Source: Octopus sinensis
Lineage: Eukaryota
Length of the DNA stretch: 7,222 nucleotides
Assembly: GCF_006345805.1 (NCBI RefSeq)
Contig: NW_021828922.1
Coordinates: 1 to 7,222 of the forward strand
Reading direction: 5' to 3'
Shown: in pieces, positions 1-7,222 of the stretch
How the letters are laid out: the number at the start of each line of letters is the position of its first letter
How positions within the stretch are numbered: position 1 is the stretch's first letter
Position numbers and translations under genes: made by a program
Notes under the pieces: model-generated
Seen by the model: only the letters and a program-made list of their open reading frames with translations
Told to the model about the DNA's origin: nothing
The model's database searches: none

Positions 1-50
1 AATACCACTTTCCCAAAATTTCAGCCTTGTGCCTAGAGTAGAAAGAATTA
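1..50 (+). mobile_element. Possible 3' tail fragment of a SINE, cut by the window edge
   Basis: CCCAAAATTTCAGCCTTGTGCCTAGAGTAGAAAGAATTA resembles octopus SINE 3' ends as I recall them. Short, and supported by recall only. Confidence 0.35.
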
Positions 51-173
51 TATATCCGTTTCACAGATTCAATGTAACTGAAAACGACATTTGCGAATAG
101 GTATACTAACTTTGGATCACTGACTGGAGTATGTGCCTGTGTATATGCGTGTCTGTGTTATTCTCTCGTCGTC

Positions 174-190
174 TATGTGTATATATATGC

Positions 191-245
<55 letters not shown>

Positions 246-388
246 AATAAAATAGAATATATGCATAATATAAACATATATGTACGTACCTACCTCTACA
301 TGTACATATACACGCATATATATAATATATTTATATATATAGATATATAATATTATAATATATATATATATACAGTATATATATATAT
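174..388. repeat. (TA)n microsatellite and AT-rich low-complexity tract
   Basis: Pure TA run at about 196-242 with degenerate TA-rich flanks. Confidence 0.9.
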
Positions 389-461
389 CGTAATCCGTGT
401 TTGACATAGCAAGCTCATACCGATGTATATACGTGCATATATGTATGTGAGGATGTGCGTT

Positions 462-485
462 TGTGTGTGTGTGTGTGTGTGTGTG

Positions 486-529
<44 letters not shown>

Positions 530-539
530 GTGTGTGTGT
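462..539. repeat. (TG)n microsatellite
   Basis: Near-perfect TG run. Confidence 0.97.
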
Positions 540-689
540 AGGCTGACAATTCTTCATTGGCTTAGATTAGAAGTTTATATCAGATTCCATGTTGGTTTTT
601 TTTTTTTTCCGAATTTCTAAATGACAATAAAACTGCATCCATCAAATTAGACATTTATATCCATAAAGATTTTATATTAATGCTTTTAG

Positions 690-810
690 ACACACACACA
701 CACACACACACACACTCTCACACACACACACTCACACACACACACACACACTCTCACACACACACACACTCACACAGACACACATACATATATATACACA
801 CACACACACA
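690..810. repeat. (CA)n microsatellite with CT interruptions
   Basis: CA run with periodic CTCTCA/CTCA interruptions. Confidence 0.95.
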
Positions 811-829
811 GAAATACGTATATACATGT

Positions 830-968
830 ATATATTTTACGTGGAACTAGTTCATGTGTGTATATATATATATATATTCTATATACGTTTATATATATAT
901 ATATATATTTGACGTGAGACTAATTCATATATATATATATACATATATATATTCTATATTCTATATAT
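830..968. repeat. (TA)n-rich region made of two degenerate ~73-75 bp units
   Basis: TTTTACGTGGAACTAGTTCAT at about 835-855 and TTTGACGTGAGACTAATTCAT at about 908-928, each followed by (TA)n and ATTCTATA. Confidence 0.7.
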
Positions 969-1150
969 TGTGTTGTGAATATATAAAAAAGGTTTTACAA
1001 CGTTATATACAGTTGCACACACCTTGTTGAATATGGTCGTATGCAACCACCATTTGAATTGTTATATGAAGAAACCAATTTCAATTTTCATATAAATTTT
1101 AAGCTTTATACAGTATTTGGTCTGCCTTTACCGAAAAAGATGATGATATA

Positions 1151-1436
1151 GGCCAGGAGTGGCTGTGGTTGTAAGTAGCTTGCTACAACCACAGGTTCCG
1201 GGTTCAGTCCCACTGCGTGGCATCTTGGAAGTGTCTTCTGCTATAGCCCCGGCCGACCATGTCTTGTGAGTGGATTTGGTAGACGGAAACTGAAAGAAGT
1301 CTGTCGTATATATTATATATATAAGTGTGTGTGTATATGTTTGTGTGTCTGTGTTTGTCCCCCTAGCGTTGCTTACCACCGATGCTGGTGTGTTTACGTC
1401 CCCGTCACTTAGCGGTTCGCAAAGAGACCGATAGAA
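1151..1436 (+). mobile_element. tRNA-derived SINE (family A, CORE-like centre), 3'-truncated
   Basis: A-box-like TGGCTGTGGTTG, B-box-like GGTTCAGTCCC, CORE-like CATCTTGGAAGTGTCTT and an internal (TA)/(TG) tract. A reverse-complement copy lies at 1437-1675. Confidence 0.85.
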
Positions 1437-1675
1437 CAAACCACAAACATACACACACACACCCACACATATATATATATAAGATATATATATATATATA
1501 TATATACTATATCGACGGGCTTCTTTCAGTTTCCGTCTACCAAATCCACTCACAAGGCATTGGTCGGCCCGGGGCTATAACAGAAGACACTTGCCCAAGG
1601 CGCCACGCAGTGGGGCTGAACCCGGAACCATGTGGTTGGTAAACAAGCTACTTACCACACAGCCACTCCTGCGCC
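1437..1675 (-). mobile_element. tRNA-derived SINE (family A), inverted and 3'-truncated
   Basis: Reverse complement reads GGCGCAGGAGTGGCTGTGTGGTAAGTAGCTTG...GGTTCAGCCCCACTGCGTGGCGCCTTGGGCAAGTGTCTT...GAAGCCCGTCG, which aligns with 1151-1306. Confidence 0.88.
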
Positions 1676-1859
1676 TATAATGTCTTAGTTTGGTTTTAAA
1701 ATATTTGAGAATGCTAAGCGGTCTAACATCATCTTTTTAGTCCATGAAATGTGGACACATTTGAAATCTTCACTTTGTTCATCATCACTGCACATAGGGA
1801 ATCGATGTTGTGCAAGATATGCACAAGAAAGGAAAAAAATCTGCTTCGGGTTCCCACGA

Positions 1860-2052
1860 CTCATGGCTGCTTACCCGGTTTCCATGGCGTATGAATGAAC
1901 AAGATTAGTCCGTTGCAGAGTTAATTATTTACACCTGAGTGAATTGGAGTAACGGGAAATACGCTTCGTTCAAGAACACAACCTCGTTCAGGAATCGAAA
2001 CTGCGATCTTGAGATCGTGAATGCAGCAGAGTAACCACTAAGCCACGCGCCT
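1860..2052 (-). mobile_element. Diverged tRNA-derived SINE (family B)
   Basis: Minus strand reads GGCGCGTGGCTTAGTGGTTA (A box) ... GTTTCGATTCC (B box) ... GTTGTGTTCTTGA. Colinear with the copy at 2113-2347. Confidence 0.8.
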
Positions 2053-2112
2053 TTGCTACACGTGCACAAGCTTGTCTTTAAAGTTTTGAGTGGTTCTCAA
2101 CTATTTCTTTTA

Positions 2113-2347
2113 TAGCCTAGCCAGGCTCATGGGCCCGGTTTCCCGGTTTCTATGGCGTATGTGTTCCCCAGCTGGACGGGTCGCCAGTCCGTCGCAGCGT
2201 TACTCATTTTTGCCAGCTGAGTGGACTGGAGCAACGTGAAATGAAGTGTTTTGCTCAAGAACACAACGTGTCGCCCGGTCCAGGAATCGAAACCACAATC
2301 TTACGATCATGGTGCTGACACCCTAACCACTAAGCCACGCGCCGCCA
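2113..2347 (-). mobile_element. tRNA-derived SINE (family B, CORE-like centre), near full length
   Basis: Minus strand has the A box TGGCTTAGTGG, the B box GGTTTCGATTCC, CORE-like TGTGTTCTTGAGCAAAACACTT...AAAAATGAGT and a 3' region GACTGGCGACCCGTCCAG...AGAAACCGGG. Confidence 0.87.
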
Positions 2348-2423
2348 TTCAAGAAAGTGGTGGTAGCGGACAAATGCAAACTCGCGTGCGCGCTCACGAA
2401 GAACTTCAGAGCAGTTTCTGTTT

Positions 2424-2512
2424 GCAAAAGACACTTGCTCAAGGTTCCACGCGGTGGAACTGAACCCGGATCCACTTAGCTACAAACTGGGCTTCTTTAC
2501 CACATAGCCATC
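2424..2512 (-). mobile_element. Old head fragment of SINE family A
   Basis: Minus strand TGGCTATGTGGTAA...CCGGGTTCAGTTCCACCGCGTGGAACCTTGAGCAAGTGTCTT matches the heads at 1151 and 1675. Confidence 0.75.
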
Positions 2513-2716
2513 ACTGGACTTCGAGATCCCTGTTAGCAAAATAAATCAGCATTAATGTACATATACCGGTGTACTTGCGGATTTAAGAACAACGAGAACG
2601 CAGGCTTTTACCTCCCGCAAATTTCGGGGGCTGGTTGTATTAGAACTACCCAACTCAGTTAAGGAGTTCTTGTGCTTCCCAGTCCTTAAATTCGGCCTCT
2701 CATCAACTGAAGCAAG

Positions 2717-3120
2717 TGGAGACGCAATGGCCCAGTAGTTAGGACAGCGGACTCGTGGCCGGAGGATCGCGGTTTCGATTCCCAGACCGGGCGTTGTGTG
2801 TGTTTATTGTGCGAAAACACCTAAAGCTCCACGAGGTTCTGGCAAGGGGTTGTAGCGATCCCTGTTGTTCTCTTTCGCTCCAACTTTTCTCTCACTCTTT
2901 CTTCCTGTTTCTTGACCCGACTTCCTACGCAACCGCTCAGCCTGGATGCGCATTCATCCATCCGTCGATGTTCTCGGTGTCGGCGGGGGTTGACCCGCTT
3001 TCTCTTCTGCGGGTCTTACGAATAGCAAAGGACCTCGTATCGGACTTCTCCCACTACAGAGGCGCGATCTTGCGAGCTCTGGGACGAAGACCGCCACGCT
3101 CAACAGCAACAGCAACAACA
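2717..3120 (+). mobile_element. tRNA-derived SINE (family C), apparently full length with (CAA)-like tail
   Basis: A box TGGCCCAGTAG, B box GGTTTCGATTCCC, a pyrimidine-rich central module at 2865-2912, a GC-rich 3' region and a CAACAGCAACAGCAACAACA tail. Confidence 0.8.
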
Positions 3121-3206
3121 ATCGTAAGAAGAGCCATAGACATAATAACGTCCTCGACAAGCTACAACTACATCAACAACAATAACAGCTGCTGCAGATG
3201 ATGATG

Positions 3207-3557
3207 ATACTGCTACTACTACTACTACTACTACTACAACTACTACTTCTACAATTACTACTACCACTACTACTACTACTACCATTACTACTACTACAAT
3301 GACTACTACAATGACTACTACATGACTACTACAACTACTACTACTACCACTACTACTACTACTGCTACTACTACAACTACTACCACTACTACTACCACTA
3401 CTACTACTACAACTACTACTGCTACCACTACAACTACTACTTCTACCACCACTACCACCACCACTACTACTACCACTACTACTACTACAACTGCTACTAC
3501 TGCTACCACTACTACTACTACTACTTCTACCACCACTACCACCACCACTACTACTAC
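3207..3557. repeat. (CTA)n/(CCA)n trinucleotide microsatellite
   Basis: About 350 bp of ACT/ACC/ACA triplets. Source of the poly-Thr and poly-Val ORFs. Confidence 0.97.
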
Positions 3558-3625
3558 GAATAGCAAAGGACCGCGTTTTGGACTTCTCTCACTACTGGGA
3601 CGAAGACCGCTTCGCCCAACAAACA
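3555..3625 (+). mobile_element. Second, internally deleted copy of the family C 3' tail
   Basis: TACGAATAGCAAAGGACC...GGACTTCTC.CACTAC/TGGGACGAAGACCGC matches 3017-3105 minus the 22 bp at 3058-3079. Confidence 0.85.
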
Positions 3626-3657
3626 AGCAAGCCAATCAGCTGCAGCAAACATTTTCC

Positions 3658-3669
3658 TAGACCAGTAAC
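3658..3669. repeat. Left target-site duplication TAGACCAGTAAC
   Basis: Identical 12-mer at 4612-4623. Confidence 0.9.
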
Positions 3670-4611
3670 TATTTCTTAGAGGGGACAAACAAGGACAGAC
3701 AAAGGGATTAAGTCAATTACATCGACCCCAGTGCGTAACTGGTACTTATTTAATCGACCCCGAAAGGATGAAAGGCAAAGTCGACCCCGGCGGAATTTGA
3801 ACTCAGAACGTAGCGGCAGACGAAATACCTATTTCTTTACTACCCACGAGGCTAAACTAGAGGGGACAAACAAGGACAGACAAGGGATTAAGTCAATTAC
3901 ATCGACCCCAGTGCGTAACGGTACTTATTTAATCGACCCCGAAAGGATGAAAGGCAAAGTCGACCTCGGCGGAATTTGAACTCAGAACGTAGCGGCAGAC
4001 GAAATACCTATTTCTTTACTACCCACAAGGGGCTAAACATAGAGGGGACAAACAAGGACAGACAAAGGGATTAGGTCAATTACATCGACCCCAGTGCGTA
4101 ACTGGTACTTATTTAATCGACCCCGAAAGGATGAAAGGCAAAGTCGACCTCGGCGGAATTTGAACTCAGAACGTGGCGGCAGACGAAATACCTATTTCTT
4201 TACTACCCACAAGGGGCTAAACACAGAGGGGACAAACACGGACAGACAAAGGGATTAAGTCAATTACATCGACCCCAGTGCGTAACTGGTACTTATTTAA
4301 TCGACCCCGAAAGGATGAAAGGCAAAGTCGACCTCGGCGGAATTTGAACTCAGAACGTAGCGGCAGACGAAATACCTACTTCTTTACTACCCACAAGGGG
4401 CTAAACACAGAGGGGACAAACACGGACAGACAAAGGGATTAAGTCAATTACATCGACCCCAGTGCGTAACTGGTACTTATTTAATCGACCCCCGAAAGGA
4501 TGAAAGGCAAAGTCGACCTCGGCGGAATTTGAACTCAGAACGTAGCGGCAGACGAAATACGGCTACACATTTCGCCCGGCGTGCTAACGGTTCTGCCAGC
4601 TCGCCGCCTTT
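3669..4611 (-). mobile_element. Concatemeric tRNA-derived SINE (family D): one head plus five tandem ~184-bp bodies
   Basis: Units start at 3669, 3829, 4008, 4192 and 4376 (160, 179, 184, 184 and 185 bp). The head at 4561-4610 reads GGCGGCGAGCTGGCAGAACCGTTAGC on the minus strand. Each unit has a B-box-like GAGTTCAAATTCC. Confidence 0.92.
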
Positions 4612-4623
4612 TAGACCAGTAAC
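4612..4623. repeat. Right target-site duplication TAGACCAGTAAC
   Basis: Identical 12-mer at 3658-3669. Confidence 0.9.
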
Positions 4624-4872
4624 ACCAGACCAACAAACACTTCGTTGGCATTATATACACTAGTTTGGTTATTAAATTTTCATTAACGATGATCTTTGCA
4701 ACCTGAGCCATAGATCTGTCGCTTGCTTTATGACCAGCAAACACCTTGTCACGGGAAATATTTAAATATTCAATACTGTAGCTTTACCTAAAGTTTATTA
4801 ACCAACATCTTGAATATTTACAAATATCTTTCATATGCAGTTCTTACTGTCGGGGTGGTCAACGTTTTACCT

Positions 4873-5191
4873 TTTCAACAGGGTCAACGTTTTACAGTGA
4901 AAAACGACTTCACATGTGCTTCGGAACGCCTGATAAATGTGTTAACTTGCTCAGGGTTTCGAGAGCAATAAATGAGTCAAACTAGAATGAGTCTGCGCCA
5001 AAGGATGACCAAGATTAAAAAATTGGAATACAGAAGAATAGTATTAAGTGAAAGCATCGACATTTGCGCCTCTAATGAACAACCCAACTTTAGAATTTTT
5101 CCCTTTCTATAAATTTTCGGACGATGCAAACCATACTCAGCGCATGAGCAAAGAATCATATTTTATCGCAAAATATAAACCTTTTTTGAAT
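4873..5191 (+). pseudogene. Decayed GIY-YIG endonuclease domain of a Penelope-like retroelement
   Basis: Manual translation gives FQQGQRFTVKNDFTCASERLINVLTCSGFREQ*MSQTRMSLRQRMTKIKKLEYRRIVLSESIDICASNEQPNFRIFPF/YKFSDDANHTQRMSKESYFIAKYKPFLN. This fits the Penelope pattern FTC.S.N.IY...C..C...YIG.T...LR.R...KE..I....P.LN. Stop codon at 4969-4971 and a +1 frameshift near 5100. Confidence 0.85.
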
Positions 5192-5605
5192 GCTTCCACC
5201 ACAGATGATACTACTACAAAGATCGTAGAAGAATTCCCACGATAAATATATTAAGAACAGTCGTTACCCATAAATTTATTTAGAACAGTTCCTACTACTA
5301 CTGCTGCCACCACAACAGGTCACTTTTAGGTCACATGGCCATTAGATTCCATTGTCAGCCTCTAATACTGGGTCATACCAATCTCGTCTTTTTCCTTTTT
5401 CTTCTTCCCCTTCTTCATCTTTACTTTCTCCTTCCTCGGCTGCTGCTGTTTAAACCACCAAACTTCAGAACCAAATATTTCTCTGCACCCATGAAAGCTA
5501 TTTTTTCAGAACTACTACTACCTACTGGGACTTCACAAAGGAAAAGAAAGACAGAAAAAAGGAAAATGTCCTACCTATTTGAAGACTATGGAAATATTTA
5601 CAAAA

Positions 5606-6092
5606 CATACATACACACATACATACATACATACATGCATACATACATACATACATACATACATACATACACATACATACATACATACATACATACATAC
5701 ATACATACATACATACATACATACATACATACATACATACACACATACATACATACATACATACATACATACATACACATACATACATACATACATACAT
5801 ACATACACATACATACATACATACATACATACATACATACATGCATACATACATACATACATACATACACACATATATACATACATACATACATACATTC
5901 ATACATATATGCATACATACATACACACACATACATACACACATACATACATACATACATACATAAATACATACACACACACAAGCATACATACACACAT
6001 ACATACATACATACATACATACATACATACACACATACATACATACATACATACATACATACATACATACATACATACATACATACATACAT
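5606..6092. repeat. (TACA)n tetranucleotide microsatellite
   Basis: About 490 bp of CATA repeats with CA interruptions. Source of the HTYI and MYVC ORFs. Confidence 0.98.
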
Positions 6093-6464
6093 AAAATCAC
6101 GAAATTAAACTGCATTATATACACATACAGGCTGCTCACACACTGTTCATCAACATGAACCGTAAATCACTCGATAGACACTGTTTAGAAATACGCTGTT
6201 AATAACATCTAAATACCTGTGGAATATCAATAATTAATTATAATTTATTATAATTAACTTCCAGACGGTTTAACTGATTAGAGATTGCTGCAGTGGTTGA
6301 AAAAGTTTTACTCTGAGTGATGTCTTGAAGAATTAATGTCTGTCGCAACTGTGAGAATTTGTGCTCTTTATTACGAAGAAGATAACCACAGCGAAGTTCA
6401 ATTATACTTGACAATTATTTTGAGCTTATCTAGCCATCCGTCATCCACACGTACATACGTATAT

Positions 6465-6698
6465 GGAATGGAAGCACTCCGTCGGTTACGACGACGAGGG
6501 TTCCGGTTGATCCGAATCAACGGAACAGCCTGCTCGTGAAATTAACGTGTAAGTGGCTGAGCACTCCACAGACACATGTACCCTTAGCGTTGTTCTCGGG
6601 GATATTCAGCGTGACACAGAGAGTGACAAGGCCGGCCCTTTGAAATACAGGTACAGCAGAAACAGGAAGTAAGAGTGAGAGAAAGTTGTGGTGAAAGA
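6465..6698 (-). mobile_element. 5'-truncated SINE (family C-related, alternative 3' tail) with 14-bp TSD
   Basis: Flanked by GTACATACGTATAT at 6451-6464 and 6699-6712. The minus strand starts with the module seen at 2865-2912 and ends in stem-loops plus a TTCCATTCC tail. Confidence 0.85.
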
Positions 6699-6910
6699 GT
6701 ACATACGTATATACATATAAACGCACACACATACGTACGTATACATGCGTACACAACTGTCGGTGGAGTGGAAAAACATGCAAGTTTCAAATGTGACGTT
6801 GTTTTTGTCATCTGCAGTCCAAAGATGAAGTTTTGTATCTTTCTTTGAAATCAGGTCTTTTCACAAAGGAAGAATTTTAAATAATTGAAAGTGGAACAGA
6901 AAACACATGC

Positions 6911-6997
6911 ATATACATACAAACATTCATACATTCATACATACATACATACATACATACATACATACATACATACATACATACATACATACATACA
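6911..6997. repeat. (CATA)n microsatellite
   Basis: Direct tandem CATA, with CATT variants at the left end. Confidence 0.95.
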
Positions 6998-7141
6998 AAT
7001 ATGGTGGCTGCCCCCTCGTTATCGAGTATGGCTATTGCACGAAGCTTAATCAATGTTGTTATCGTGCAATGCCTGTGCAAGAAGATTTTTTTTAAAGAGT
7101 GGAAAGGCTGTGCACTGAATCAATCCCACTCACTAAGCAAC

Positions 7142-7219
7142 AGATAGATAGATAGATAGGTAGGTAGGTAGGTAGGTAGGTAGGTAGGTAGGTAGGTAGG
7201 TAGGTAGGTAGGTAGGTAG
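7142..7219. repeat. Compound (AGAT)n-(AGGT)n microsatellite
   Basis: (AGAT)4 switching to a long AGGT run. Confidence 0.96.
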
Positions 7220-7222
7220 TAT

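Noticed and set aside
117-620. ORFs 117-557 and 423-620
   Set aside because: Translations of dinucleotide repeats.
1820-2070. TGCACAAG as TSD of the diverged family B copy
   Set aside because: Only 8 bp and offset from both apparent element ends.
2717-2790. Functional tRNA genes at the SINE heads
   Set aside because: A and B boxes are present, but I found no complete cloverleaf and each head continues into a repeated SINE body.
3322-3660. Thr-rich mucin-like ORF and antisense poly-Val ORFs
   Set aside because: Translation of a (CTA)n microsatellite running into a SINE tail. No exon evidence.
3669-4560. CRISPR array or hammerhead-containing retrozyme
   Set aside because: The units are near-identical over their full length with no unique spacers and no cas genes. 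No CTGAnGA hammerhead core was found on either strand.
4624-4775. Minus-strand peptide VFAGHKASDRSMAQVAKIIVNEN, faintly like a trypsin-family segment
   Set aside because: Short, no catalytic motif, no convincing splice sites. Cannot be supported without a search.
5335-6139. Long HTYI/MYVC ORFs, including a hydrophobic signal-like N-terminus
   Set aside because: Stop-free frames of (TACA)n preceded by a pyrimidine-rich tract, open in many frames on both strands.
2717-6698. One SINE split by an inversion (5' half at 2717, 3' half at 6465-6698)
   Set aside because: The right-hand piece has its own 14-bp TSD and the left-hand element has its own tail, so they are independent insertions.

Overview
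Repeat-rich, non-coding eukaryotic DNA with no intact gene. From recall, the SINE families look like cephalopod (Octopus-type) elements; this was not verified by search. The window holds long microsatellites ((TA)n, (TG)n, (CA)n, (CTA)n, (TACA)n, (AGAT)/(AGGT)n), at least four families of tRNA-derived SINEs, and a decayed Penelope-like GIY-YIG endonuclease fragment (4873-5191). The most unusual structure is a minus-strand SINE concatemer (3669-4611): one tRNA-like head followed by five head-less ~184-bp bodies. It is bracketed by one 12-bp target-site duplication (TSD), and every internal junction falls exactly at the loop edge of a 15-bp hairpin in the head. Also present are a tail-to-tail inverted SINE pair (1147-1679) and two SINEs that share a central module but have different 3' tails. 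Nearly all ORFs in the track are translations of microsatellites or SINEs.
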